Positions 1 to 14,900 of a stretch of DNA of 64,000 nucleotides are shown here, one piece after another. The first letter of the stretch is position 1, and every line of letters begins with the position of its first letter. Source of the stretch: Lingula anatina (lineage: Eukaryota > Animalia > Brachiopoda). The notes under the pieces are model-generated. The model made no database searches, was not told where the DNA came from, and worked only from the letters and a program-made list of their open reading frames with translations. A program made the translations under genes and the position numbers. The stretch covers positions 5,704,001-5,768,000 of the forward strand of contig CM120640.1 of assembly GCA_051362555.1 (NCBI GenBank). The letters are read 5' to 3'.

Positions 1-2916
1 TGGGTAAGAGATTCTTTTATTACTGTGGAAATATTCAACATAAATTCTCAGATTCCCTTCATACAAATCTTAATGTTCCTGCTGAAGCTGAAAAACACAT
101 TTTATATCTTAAAATATGTATTCTTACATAAAAAATGTTAATATTACAAATTACTACCAACAAGTCTTACAGAAAAGAAGATAATTAGCTTCTTTGGTTG
201 AACTGATACATTTCAAATCGTTTAAAAAAATCAACTAACAGTATTGTACACAGCTGAATAGCATATGCCTTTGTGGTTTGTTGTTTTGCTTTTTATCTTT
301 TCCAATTTTAGAAGTTTGGAAGGAAATGAACAGTGCGGGAAAGGCAGAAGGAGGGGGATAGTTTGGATCTACAGTATGAGTGAATAACAACAAAGTGGTT
401 AAATCCTGGTGAATTATTGTACATCATTTCTGCTCCATCAGTGGCAAGGAGTCAGACTTGGTGCGCTGCCCCACTTACAGGGGTCACACCTGGCAAATAG
501 AACAACTTACCTGGGAAAATGCTGATAACCCAAAGAAGAAGAAGAAAAAATAAGGCTCACAGATGCCCTATCCACAATCTGGACATCTAATTTATTATAT
601 TTTAGCTTGATCTAATGTCTGACATTTGGCTGAACACTACAAAAAGGCCATCAAAAACAACAGCTGCATTTGAAAATAGTGGAGATCAACTTTAGATTGA
701 GATTCCTTATATCATGAGAAGGATCAGAACATGTGGTTGTATGGTGAGAGAAAAGAAAAAAGAAATCATACATTTTCTTGTAAATGATAGTTTATACTAA
801 ATCCCAATGGGAAGCTAAAAGTGAAAAGTAATCAGCAAGGCAAGTGTGCCAAGGTGTGATGATTTAGTTAGGTATTTGCAATAGCTTAAAAGCTACCATA
901 TTAATGTACCCAGTGTATGAAAAAATAATTTATTGATTCATATATGTCTAGAAATGTTAAGCTATGAGAAAATGTCTTACAGTAGAAAATCTTACCACTT
1001 CCAAGTTGGAAATTTAGATGCAACCCTCTTCACTCTTTTTGACCCAGTACCAGAGAAAAATATTCACAGGCTTCTCACATATTTTTAGATAAATTGAAAG
1101 ATCCAAAATTATAGAATCCAAATATGATTTTTGCATTTTTTTCAATATTCCTCAAGATAAGCAGTAAATTTAACCAGTAAAGCTCCCAATAAGACTAAAA
1201 TCGGTAAGATGCTAGATGCTTATGGTTAATTAATCAGATTTTTGATCTCATAACATAACAGACTAATAAACTACCAAATTTTAGGAAAAAACTAGGCCTT
1301 TGCAAGCAGGAGAGGACAATTTCCTGGTCTTGCACTGAGAAAATATTTCACAAAATCATCTTTAAAAACATAAACCAATATAGTTTATAAAGTCCTATCA
1401 GTAGCCAAATAATAATAATAATAACAAAAATTCTGACTCACAACTACCAATACTCATCAATTCCACTTATAATTGATATGGATCCCAACTGTCAACATTC
1501 CAATGACTGAATTGCCATGTCTTTTGTCTTTAAAATGTTTGACCTATCAGTTAAATGTGACACTGAACAGCCAGCTGACACCTAATTCCTGAAACATGTC
1601 ACCATCTCAAGGTAAACAATGGCCAAATGATGTCACACCAGCTTGAGCAGAAGTGTAATGGCTATAAACTGTAGAAAGAAAGTGCTTGTTATGTAGTCAA
1701 TTTTAAAAAAGGGAATAGACAGAAGTTCTGTGGAAATAATATGAAGCTGGCTGTTGGAATGCAAAACTGACATCAATATTTACAAACTGAATATTTCAAT
1801 AACATTCTAATTTTTAGTACACTTGGTAGAGGTAGAAGAAAAAATCCAGGAATAAAAAGTAAGAAAGTAGCAAAGATGGATATTCTTCTTTTGAAATAAA
1901 AATATCAAATCTTACATCAATTATCATTAAAAATAGCAGCCTAACGGTTCTCTCCCCCCCCCCCCCACCCTAAGGAAGTGGCTATTACCATCTGGTCATC
2001 ATACAGTGAAAGCCACAATGATGTGGAAGATGTAGCTGTTGACAGGTGAAATTGTTCATCATGTTGTAGATCATCATGTATCAGATTAAATCCTCGGCTC
2101 ACATTCCTCCCCTGGGGCACAATCATGAGTGTCTGTATCATATGGTTCGCCATTACATCATGAGCAGGGTCATAATGACAGTGGCTGGAGACAGAGCTCT
2201 ACTTAGCACCATCATTTTCAGTGGTGGCAGTGACAAGTGCTTTCACTCTTTTGGCTCTGCGTAGCAATCATTGCGCAATTCAAGAAATTGATGTGTCCTG
2301 CTACTGATGCCAAAGGGCTCCACCTCGTAGCAGATTAATCCAGTAATTGATTGGGAAAATGACCCTAATAGCAAAGACAGGGGCTGGCAGAGTGGAGACC
2401 TGTCTGTCTGTTATATACTACCAAATAGAAAACATTTAATTTTTGCCAGAGCAATTTTGGCTAACCAATCCTTTTGAATTAAACATATATATTTTTTTTA
2501 ATTCTGAAAAAAGTTTTTTGCCATTGTATTGATTTCATTGGGTCCTTTATAACACGAGACACAGCTCTGTGTGAAAAAACCTATTTCCCCTACTTTAAAC
2601 ATCATTTATGAAAAAAATATACATATATGTAATATATGTAAGACCTAAAATAACTGGATGCATTTCCTAAGATAATGTAATTCTATAGGGACACATGTGA
2701 CCACACTATTTCTGTGGTATCTATTTAGAATGTTAATTTCGAAGATACCACACCTGAAAATTGTGAAATATATATAGAAAGATTTTATGATTGTTTGCAA
2801 GTATTTCAACAATAAATGTATAGACATCTGTAACACCATTAATATTTTCATAGAACAAGAAAAAAGCAAAAGAATAACTTAAAAAAAAGAAATATTAAGA
2901 CAATGAAGAATCTTAC

Positions 2917-2989
2917 CTCTCTTCTGCATGTAGTCAAACAATTCATCCAGAAATTCTTTTCTCTTGGAGTCATCTGACAGTTCATACAA
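2917..2989 (-). CDS. ARID3: ARID3 exon 3 (73 nt, start of the extended ARID domain)
   Basis: Reads LYELSDDSKRKEFLDELFDYMQKR-G between a polypyrimidine acceptor and a GTAAG donor. The ORF track shows a different frame here. Confidence 0.92.
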
Positions 2990-5900
2990 CTAAAAGAAAA
3001 AATAACACTAACTTTAAAAAAGGTCCCAATTACATGAAAATCATTGGATAACATTCATGCAAAATGAAATTTTGAAATAAATCACATTTGTACCTGCCAT
3101 TTTTCTCTACTTTAACAGGTAAGATATATTACATCCAGAACAATATAGTTAACATACAGTATGTTAGCCTTATTACACAGTAGAACACATAACTAATATT
3201 TATAGTGTTTTGAAAAAGCAATTAAAAGATTAAAAGGGCTTTACTCTATCAGATTACCAAGATTCTCATGTTCGGTTCATTTTTCACATACACTATCTGT
3301 TCAATATCTACAATGCTCTTAGTTTATCTTTTTCATATCATACTGTTATAAAAGCTATTAACATATACTGCTTTACTAGAACAAAAATATTATAAGCAAA
3401 TACATGGTTCAGTTATTTTTTTAAGTTAAAGTCATGCCTAAAACTTTCCTCTCTGTAACTTCCCCTCCATAATTCCCCCTTCACACCTAAACCTATTTAA
3501 TATAGTAATAAGGGACACCAAATTCAAGTCCTTTGTGAACTCAGCAAGCTACCTTAATATACCTACACATCAAGAAATTTAGGAAACAAGATGTTGAAAA
3601 CTGTACAGATTTAATCTTATTGAGCTTTATGATAACAGAAATGTATATTATGATAACAAATATGTACATCATTTGTTTCCCTTAGTAATGCTGAACATTT
3701 TATTACAAACATCATAAGGATGCTGAAAAATTTATTGGTTCCATCATGCGCAGTATCAATAAATCACCAATTGTTTTATGAATATAAATAAGCATGTATA
3801 TCAACAGAATGGAGACCATCTGAGACAACCTAAAACGAGGTTGTCGGCACCCCGTGATATCACACACGACTTGAAAATGTGTGAGAATCCATGTAAGGTG
3901 TGGTTAACCTTCAGAAATGAGAGTGAATCTCTATGTTCTAAGAATGTTGTCTTACAAAGCAATACAAAAGTGATACACAAAACATGGTGGACTGTACTGC
4001 TGTGCAACAGACTGTAATTCTAAAGAACTAAAAAAATTAAAATAAATATAAAAAATAAATGCAGCCAAAAAAAATATCCGTGGATAAATTTTTTCAGCTT
4101 TTATTTGTTGACAAACCGCATTTACTAGTCTGCCATTATTTCATTGCCAATCTCTTTCAAATTCTCCCAAATCTTGCCTGACTTTTTGTTGTGAGACATT
4201 TCATATCTCAGTTGATCTCCAAATAGAATATATTCTCAAGGAGTTAAAAACTCCCCTCCCTCCATTATTAGAATATTGTGACATGACCCACAGAATATAC
4301 TTTTAGAATAGAAAACAAACGTTAAAAAATCCAGATTAGTACACGCCTAATGAAGGTGTAATCCATCAATCAGAAGGTTTTTATTTCCCATCTTTTAACT
4401 TATTACGTCCAATTATGCCACATAGTATGGTGTGAAATGACAGAAATAGGTCTTATTGCTAGTATTAAAGAAATATTATAGCTTTTTAATTATGGATAGC
4501 ACAAAGTCAAAAGAATATATGTACAAGGTATACTTAAGGCCAATAATATTCAACAAGTTAACATTAAAATAAAACTGCCAAAAGCAAATATCCTTCCATT
4601 TATTTTAAAAGATAAATAATACTTTTTCTTTATCTGATTTTCATATGCCATCCCTGATATTTACATGATTCTTTACTGCCTACTCATATATCTTTGCAAT
4701 AAATCTGTAAAATTCCATTGTCCAAAGACAGTCTTTTTCTTTTCCTTTAAGAAAAATCCAAATTCTACCCGCAGGCCTGAATGCTTTTGTGCTTTATCTT
4801 TTTTTTTTTTATACATACAATGTCAGTGTACAGTAGCTACTAGGAATGATATGCAGACTCCACCAAAGACAAAATGGTTTGGTTTTTTCAGTCAAAAAGC
4901 AACTGTAATAGAATAAAGTCTGCCTTTAAACTAAAGACATGTTGTGCATTTTAATGGTATGATGTCTTCCATGAAATGAATTTAATCAAGCTTTCAATAA
5001 TTTTCCTTTTCTGTCCAAAGTCAACTACTACTCTTTTATTTGTTTCACATGCTTTTTTCTGATCATTCATTTTAACCATCTCTTACCACGGATGATAAGG
5101 TTTTTTTTACAACTGATGAGGTTCTAGTGTTTAAATTTTGTTTATATTAAGGTTATAAATCACGAAAATTGTACAATTTTCATACACAAATTTCAGCCTT
5201 TGCATGTGCATAAGTTGAAGAAGTACTAACTTTATAAGCACCCTAATAACATCCCAATTTGTATGAACAATCAAACAAACATTTTAAACATCCTTTTTTT
5301 ATTTCTAAGTTGCTTTAAAAAATTAGGGTGAAGTTTTTGCTTTCTACATCTGTTACTTCTCAAGTGTGTGCACTTGTTTTGAACAGTCTAGCATGGAAAT
5401 CATATCCTTACTACATTTTATATGGCATATACAAAATTTCAGAATCAGCTGTGGGATTTTGAAAAAATAAAGATGGTAAAAAATAATTCATCACAAAGAA
5501 ATTGAAAAAAAAAAGAATAAATTATGAAAACAGAAATGTACTTAACATGATATGTTTACCAATACAATCAACATTACATTTCTCAAAAGAATTAGCCATT
5601 ACAAAACTATAAACAATTAGGTTGGCTGTTTCCACATCAATATGCAAATGAATCCCTCATTTGTTTCTCCATATATTGATGTAGCACAAATGACTCTCTC
5701 GTTAGACTGGGACAGACTGCTCCAAATTCAGACTTTAAGAAAATGGTATCTCTAGATTTCTCAGAAGGGGGCACCTAGGAAGTTTAACCTTTAATTTCAC
5801 GGCTAATTAACCAAGACAAAAACTCAGCAATAAATAATGATAGCAGTTATACTCATTTAGATCTCTTTTGTGGGGCCTCTGGGGTCACACTAAAGGACAT

Positions 5901-8900
5901 TAAGTTCACCTCTGATATTGTTAATGTTACATTTATGGGCTAATTTCTTAATTTCTGATAGACGATAAATCACAAGTATTCCTCTTATCCCCAAAACATC
6001 AAAGAATGCACAAAAGAAGATTAATTATGAATTGGGATGAAAATGGTTTCATTTGATCAGAAGGAACATATGTAGAAGAAATCAAAATGTCAGCAATAAG
6101 GTAAAAAGGCACTCATGTGTAATTTGTTAGAGTAATTGAACTTTTTTAATGAAGAAAAAAAATAAAGTTAATGTGTTGACACAATTGTTTCGTGTTGATT
6201 TCAAGGCTCAATTGTCAATTTCCGGTGTACTGTGTTTTAATCTGTACTGTATTTCCAATGCTGTCTAAGTGCTTAAAACTATCGGTGTACTCTCACTGCC
6301 ATTTGGGTTTCAGAGAATTAACATTGTGTTACACCTCAATGGGTGTTACTACACTTTTAATACTAATTTATTTTTGTACTCCAAAGTCTGAGTCTGTAAT
6401 GGGAGAACAGTCGGAGTAAAACACAAGGAGAACTGTTTCAATCAATTGACTGAATTGAAGGGGAACAGCTGACATTTGTTTCATGATGTACCACAATCTC
6501 CTCTCTGTTTTTTGAGACACTATCACTTTTCCCATGAATTCTGTTTTCCCTCGTTCATGTGTCACAATTAATCCAACTATCCCTAAACAATTAAATCTAA
6601 TTAGTGACGGTTGCTAGAACATTAAATAAAGTGAAAATAACCTTCAGGTTTTTACAGAACTTCTGACAAACTATGTCTGGTTATGGATAAAACAGCAGTT
6701 CTGGAAACTTGCGCAATTTGTTTTTTTGAAAATCTGAATAATAATAAACAAGTGGATAACTAAGTGACATTCAACGTTTTCTCTTGGTATGAGAATGATC
6801 TTGTACCACAAAGGGCACTTAAGTCCCATTCGCTAAGAACTTTTCCTTTAATTTACTGAAGACAAAATAATTAAAAGAAAAGGAGAACATAAAAGCTTCA
6901 TAAAATATTGACTACTACAAATGTCTGATGACATTCATATTGAGAAATTAACTTTTTTGATTCTTCTTACTGCGAGGCCGTCATAGTGCAAACTGTGATG
7001 AATACATATCATGATTTTTTTCAGTCTACCAGAGACATGACCTGGAGTGTCACTTACGATTTCCCCCAGAGTAGAGCAGGAAGCAGGAACATTTAAAAAC
7101 AGGTGAGCCTGGGCTCCCAAAGGCAAGCTATAAAGCGGACATTTGCAGGGTCTTGACCCATGGCAAATGGAGGGTATAATTAAGCAAAGTCTGCATGAAG
7201 GGATGTCAATTCTTGTTACAAAACCCCTGACAGCTTCACATCAGATGGAAAGCCTCTTTCCAAACAGAGGGAGGGGGCAGACGTAGAAAAGGTGATAAGG
7301 TTTAATCTTATTAAAGTTTTCTGATGCTGTTTTTTTTTTCCTTTTTTGGGAGTTGTTTTCTGGTAACTTCATAAATTTAAGCACAAGCAATTTGTCTGAG
7401 CAGGATATATTTTATGAAAGTTGGGTAAAGGATTGAGGGAATTTTGCGCAATTTTGACAAAATCTGAAAGGATAAACATATATGTATACAAAACATTTTT
7501 TTTTTTCATTTTTATCATTTAATACTAAAAAACAGCATTTCGAAAGTGAAAAGTGCTTGGAGTGCACTTGAAGCAGGGTGGAAGTTGAGGTGACTTAATC
7601 CAGGTGGACTGCCACAAATAAATATAGATTGAGTGATCAAGTTGTACCTCCCATCTTCATCTTTAAGAACCAAGACAGGGCAACAAACCCATGCAATCCA
7701 ACTGCAACTTGCCTCTAAACATTTACAGGATTAGCCTGATGTGGTGCACATATCAAGACCTGCAAATATTAAGTGTATCCTAAACTCAGTCAAACTTGAT
7801 TAATCGCTGTTTATTGCAAGTCAAGCAGTGAGCATAAAGAGTCTAAACACATCACATTGCAATCGCACAGATATGGCCCAGCTGAATAGAGAGATTCCTT
7901 TACAAGCCTTGTTCACTTTTCCTTTCTGTTTTTCCACACACAGAGGTGATCAGCAGGTTCCATCAGCACCTCTCTGTTCCTTACCAGAACAGGACATATA
8001 AATCTACTTGAACCAAATAACATAACAATAAATACATGAATGATCACCAGTTGAGGTTTCACAGGTCTAGTTTTTAAATATCTTTGATTGTCTGGATCTG
8101 CTGCCACAGTAAATATTTGGGTCGGGTATCAATGTGCTGGTCTCCCCTTGCATGGATAAGTTCTTGCCCCACAGTGGCTGTTAAAGCACTGGTAGACTTT
8201 TTAAAGACCCACAGGCACAGGATTATTTACAGAATAAAACTACTCGTAGTCTATTCTCATTGTAGGTGGTAAGCTGAAAATCAGTTTGCCATCTGTATCT
8301 ATTCTATAATGCCAACAAACTGTTTGTTTGTAATGGTTTTCTTTGTCGTTTTCCTTTTTTTACTTCTATTCAAGAGGCAAATCATTGTCATCTTGTTGGA
8401 AAAATAATAACATCGCTCTTTCTGAATCAAGTTGTGCTATCAAATTTCTTTCGAAGGTTGATGTGTGTAAATTTGCGATACTATTGAGAATTTCAACAAA
8501 AAACAAATTGTAAAAGTACAAACACAGCTTTCATCTGCAGCGGGAACAAACTACCATTTTGAAAATCATGAACTCTAATCAATTCTGGTAAATCATGTCT
8601 CACATAAACCACATCAAAATTATTGCAATCTTGCCATGATTTTTTTCTTTGAAAAACAAAAAAGTTTTAATTCCTCTCATCCCCCCCCCCCCCAAATCCA
8701 TCAAAGATAAACTATTTTTTCCATATGAATGACACCTGTCTGGAACTTCACTTTCAAACCAACTGGCAGCATGTACAAATAACTGATGCATTTCTTAAAA
8801 TGGAAAAACCATCTTGAAAATAGATAAGGAGGGAAATGAGGGATAAAAATGATTTTCTAAAACAACCTCTGCTGACTCAAAATCATTAAGTCACTGAAGC

Positions 8901-11900
8901 CATAAATCTAACCAAAATAAAGAAAACATGAACACCTTTTTCTCATATCTTCTAACCCCTTTAAATGCAATTTGTCAGTTGTCTATTAATTCCCATGCTA
9001 CCTGATGGTCAAAACAATAATTTAAGTGCTAATGCCATTTTCCCTGTATACTTAACAACACCTTCGATGTGTTTTATAAATTTCACCCCCCAAAAGAAAC
9101 AAAAATAGAGAGCATTCGATGTCCTTTTTCCTCCTATTTAATAGATATTCTCTCAGCATGGAATCTTGTCTGGTGAAATGGACTATCTCTGCCATCTGTT
9201 AGTGATTTCAATTATACAGACTGATGCCTCTGGAATTCAACACCCAGGTCTGTCATCCCTGTGCAATATGGCCTGCCAGACACATGTTCTTGCAAAGAGG
9301 TGGTGTGGGCAGTTATGGTCAATTACTGTAACAGCTTCATCCCACTGCAATTCCAGACATATGTGGCCAGATTTTTTGACCAGTTAACAACTAAGCATTC
9401 CTCGCTGTGAATATGATTTATTGCTGAAAATGTTTCATACTTCAAGATGTTATTTTATTGAAAACTATTTCAGGCGAAATGAAAACTGTGAGGGGAAAGA
9501 AATCTTCCACTTTTTTTACTTTACTTTGTTCTTCAAAGAAAAGTTGCAGGTAACCAGGGCATTGTTCCAGACTCTCTCCTATGGCAGTTATTTGTCGAAA
9601 GAAATCTTAAGTGGTTCATATTTGTTGGAAAATGCAATTCAATCAGAATTAATGCAATCCAGAGGCATTCTCTAGATAATGGAGGCCACAAAATTAGACT
9701 CTGTCAAAATACACTTACAGCAAAGATGCTATTAATTTTCCACAGACAAGTTTTCTAGATACTCGACAGCTGAATAATCAAGGGAAAGCACCCCATTTGT
9801 AAAAGACTGGAGCGTAAAAGCCAAACAGTCTGATGCAGAATCTGTTTCCAATATTTTTTGATACAGAACTTTAAATTGAGCTCACAACCAAAGGTCTTGC
9901 CAAACATACAGCTTTATTTCAAACTGCGCCGAAGTTATTTTGTTAACTCAATTTGATAACAAGTTTAAAGGTTGGGGCATTGGAGACCGATGCATAATGT
10001 TCCCCATTTTTTAAATAAGTAGCGCAATATTCATCCAGAAAAAACAATAAAAGCACTAATTTCTAATTATTTTTGATTGCAAAATTCTTCCTTAAATATT
10101 TGCTATACTTCTAAACCAGCAATTATCCAGTAATTTGTGACTGCATAATAAATTATCACCCAAATACCACTATAATCTTTATCCCTAATGAAGACAGCAT
10201 GAAACTATATAGTCAACATACTAAAAATAAGAAAACAGTCCCTAATTAAGCTTCGTGTGCCCAGGTGAGATCACACCTGACAAACTTGTCAATAATTTTC
10301 TGAGCTATTTTGCTCTGCAAATTGATGATTGTTGCATTGTTATCAGAGCTATTTAATTCTTAAGTGACAATTAATAAGGCGGCAGCTGTTCAGGACATAG
10401 ATTCCAGATTCCAGTTCTACCTGTTCTGTCACCCTGGTATAAGTCCTCACACCTGAGTCAGGAGAGATCCCGTGTAATTGGCCAGCAATTTATTTGGTCC
10501 AATATTTCACAATACCCATGTCCATCTCTCTTAATCTGCCACTCATGGCAGTGTTGGTTTTGTAAGCAAAAGTTGTGAAAAGCTCCTCTAGCTATAGGCT
10601 GTCAAGTGGGCCACATTTACTTCTATCCCTCACATCTCATTAACTTTCAATGGAAAAACTCTATCAAAATGCTACAAGTAAGTGAGATGTTGATTCAAGC
10701 AGAAGAAGTTATCAACAGAATGTTATCGGCAATCATCAAATACTATCCTGCTGGGCAATCAGAAGACCTTTCATATCAAAATTGGAACCCAAACAGGGCT
10801 ACAATAGAATAAAAACATTGAATAGCCTGACAATCTAAATGCCATGAATATCTATGGAGTTAATTGAACTTTTAATGTTACCACAGGATTGTTCATCATG
10901 TTGCCGAATTACATCATCCAGGCCCTCTAAATAGAAGGTAAAGAGACTCCAAAACAATGGAATAATTCCCTGAAACCTCTGTACACATGTCACCCTGGTC
11001 ATGTCCTGCTGAATACCTGGGGGTGTGGTCAGTTAATTAATTGGGCTTGGCTGACCTTGTTCTCAGATACTAAAGAATTATATATCTACTTAGTGGGAAT
11101 TATCAGGGCTTGTACGGATCGCACTGTGGTTTAGAAAGAATGAGAGAAGCCTAGTAAGAGACCATTGCACATATAAATACATCTGTTCCTTTGCTGCTAA
11201 CTTCCATCTATGCCTGCTTTGTTCTGCCTGAGGGAAATATCTGTCATTTTTGCAAAGTGTTAAGTGCATTTCATTGCATGTATCAAAATTGATTTGCTAA
11301 TAGTGTACAATGATCACAGATTTCTTCCAGAAAATCCCATAACCAAATTGAATAATGTATATGTCTCGGAGATATTTATATTGATATGACAGCTTCTAAA
11401 GTTAAAGAATAGTGCAAACTATCAGGTATTATTACAACTGATCAATAATTGAATAGATCTGCTACATCATCCAAGAGGATCATTGTTGATAACTTGAGCC
11501 ATTTATTAATACTTTAAACCATATGTCACATATCAGTGCTTGGCTGTTTGTTTTTCAGGGCCCTTGAGAAATGTCTGATATCAGTTTATGAAAATTAATG
11601 GTATGATCATCATTGGGCTATTAAGAAGGCTATAAGAGCATATCAATATTTTGGGGAATTCAAATGAGGTACATTAAACCCTATAGCAGTGGTTAAACAT
11701 AGAATGTGTAACCTATTCATTTTCTACTGCTATAATGCCAAGAAGTCAAGTTTTTTTTCACATAAAGCATTATTTACCAGGAGGCCTCATGCTTGCCAAG
11801 TTATAGGGAAAAGAGAGATAAAAGGAGAACTAGAAGAGAAACCTTAAAGACTAGAAGAGCCTGTAATGGCATCTATAAATATCAACCTGTGATGCTGTGT

Positions 11901-14900
11901 ATATCCAATTAATATCATCAATAAATCAAATGGCAGACGAAGTAGCTGTTGCCTATGGCAAAACTGTTCCTACTGCTCAACACATATTTTCCACTGCTGG
12001 GGAGAGCTACCAAAGCAATTTGGGGGTAAAAATCTACCAAATACCCCTTTCTTTAACACCCATTTGTGCTTTAAAGTCTTATCAGCAATTCTTGCAATGG
12101 CCCCAGTCTATGCAGATATATAAGAACCAAACAAGCGCAGTGACTTTGTTTTATCTTTTGTTAGAGCATATTAGCAGGTCAAGTGCATGGGCTCAAGGTT
12201 TTATCATCCATCCAGACAATCTTGAAACATTATCTAGCACATGTGTTCTTGCCATGGGTTATAAGGGGAGATCCATCTTTTTATAAAGGCTCATCATGGT
12301 GGAAACTGCCACATTCAAGGGCAGGACAGTGATTATATAGACATTTTATCATTTTGATGGAATACAATCAAATAAATGGAAAGGAAAGACTTTCAATCTC
12401 CACACTGATTAATTTATGAAGCATCAAATCAATAGTAATATAGGGTTAATAGATTTTTCATTATGACCCTCTGTTGTTGGTATTGCTGAGGTCTCCATTA
12501 TATCATAACCCTGGGTCCGATTTATTGTTCTAGTCAATAGAGTTTAAGTGAATCATGAAATTTTTATGTCTATTGCTTATAGACAATTTATCCTCAAACC
12601 CTTCTTCTTACCAAGTGTCTGGGATTATGGAGATTCTTTTTAATCAGTACATGGACATCATTTGTTCAGTATGTAGCACAGAGCAGAGTTTGTGTCCTTT
12701 GTGGCATTATTAGCAATATTCTATATTTCAGGCACATTCTCCTACTAATATAAAGATAAGGTCATCTTGGATCATTAGCTGTGCTGTCAAGCCTTGAAAG
12801 CAACTAGCAGTCCATATAAATTAAATGCATAATTAAGAAGAGCAATGATAGTCTTCAGTCTCCTTGTCTTTATGGTTGGTCATTTTCTGAACTGTAACCT
12901 TGCTAAATAAATGTCAATTTAGGTTCTTGGTAATCTAATTCTTCAAAAATAAATCTTACTCAGAACAGTTTGGGGATTGGTTTGGTCTTGCGAATCCTTC
13001 TGATTTATAAAAAAAGTCTTTTTTTCATAATTGTAGAATCTTTTTGAAAAACGATCATGATTTTTGTGGAGTATTATAGGCATCTCTTTCTCTACTAGCA
13101 ATCTGGATTTTGACTTTATCTAAAATGAACTCTTGCCAAAAACAAACAAATAATAAATACATAAAGATTTTTATATCTTATCTTCAGTATGTTATTTGCA
13201 TGCATATCAAGACGCCATTTGCGGGTACAAGCATCAAGAACTTAGCAGCTGTTCATAAAACATTTCCAAAAAATAAATTATATATAACTGATCATTTTAA
13301 AAAATCCCAATCCTGTGTAAAAAACATGCAACATTATTTTACTATAACTATTTGCTTTATAACCACCCTCAAGCAAACCCCTCCATTATTCGAATGTAAA
13401 CAGGACAACTAATGAGCAGTAAGAAAGTTAACATATTGATTAGGAAACAACAATCATACACCTGCTAAATGTTTTCTTGATAAAATTGAACTAAATGCTG
13501 GGTAAAGTAGATAAATACTGGAGAAAAATGCTTATTTCCCATTAGTATTATAATATGGCCATGAAAACTCAAAAACCCTTATTTATCCTTAATTATTCCA
13601 TTAAATTTCTATTCTTTTATTCTTATTTATTAGTATTACATCAACTTTAATATTTAAACTTCCAAAAATTTCTGAAAAAAAAACAAGGTTAAAAAATGGA
13701 AGGATTATAGAAATTATTTTTAATACTTAACTATCTGCTGTTTAATAGGCAATTTGTACTCACCATAAATCTTTAATTGGCTATCTAATCAGTTATCAGC
13801 ATTATAAAATCAGTCTTATTCTGACTTTTTTTGAAAAAAAGATCACCCGAAAAATTTTAAGACCATGCAAATTCAATAAAATGTGCAACTGACAAAATCA
13901 ATATGTTAACTAAAACTGATCACTGGATAGTCCTCTCAATTTATTGGCCTTATTTTCTGATTCCCTGTGGACACCTGTGCTTGTTTAGGATAAAGACAAG
14001 AAGTCAAGACTCATATGAATTGTGCTAAAGACAACATATTGTTTACAACAGGGCCTGCCCCACTGTATACATGTACAGCTGTGCAGACCCCCCAGGTTAA
14101 AATGATACTTTTTACAGAACAGCTTTTGATCACCATATTTTCACATACATGGCAAGATGTTAAACAGCTAAAAACAAGTGAAACAGTAGTTAGTACTTGC
14201 TCGAATGATTTTTTAAATACAAAGGGCAAGTTATCTGTATTAAATTATAGCAAGTTTTTTGACTGATAACCATGATGTGGCTTAAAACATTTGAATTTTA
14301 TTAGTTGTCAAACAAGAAATAAATAAAATGAGATACATTTAATATAATGGTGGTAATCAAAAAATTATGTGAAAACCTTGCTTAGATTGTGATTTAGATA
14401 TATAAGGTGGAGTTAAAATCAGATATTAAGAAAAAATAATAATTTCCAAGCAAAAAAAAAAATTATAATAATAAAAAGAGAGAGAAAATAAAAATTTAAA
14501 TAACAAAACTTGATCATAACAAATAAGAAAACAGGTTAAAAAACAACTTTATGAAATTTTAAAAAAAATACACATTTAACTCAGTTTTCTAAATAAGACA
14601 AGATGAACTTACCTGCTTAAACTGTTCCTCAAATGTCCAGTGATGTGCAGGGCTCTCACCATTAGGAGACAAATGTTCACTTCTAGAAGGGGATCTGGCA
14701 TAAGGGAAGGGGGATCTACTGAGTCCTTCAACACTGCTGCGATCTGATAAAACATGAGTGTACGCTTCTGGCCTTTTGTGCCTCAGGTCATCTGACTGTG
14801 AGTGTGAGTGTGTGCGTAAATCTTGTGCATGTTCATTGTCCTGCATTTGCCTGAACTGTCGCTCTCGTACCAACAATTCCTCGTGCCTTGCTAAGGCATC

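Noticed and set aside
11897-12286. 129 aa plus-strand ORF in ARID3 intron 2
   Set aside because: Non-ATG start, no family motif, no supporting exons; antisense intronic.
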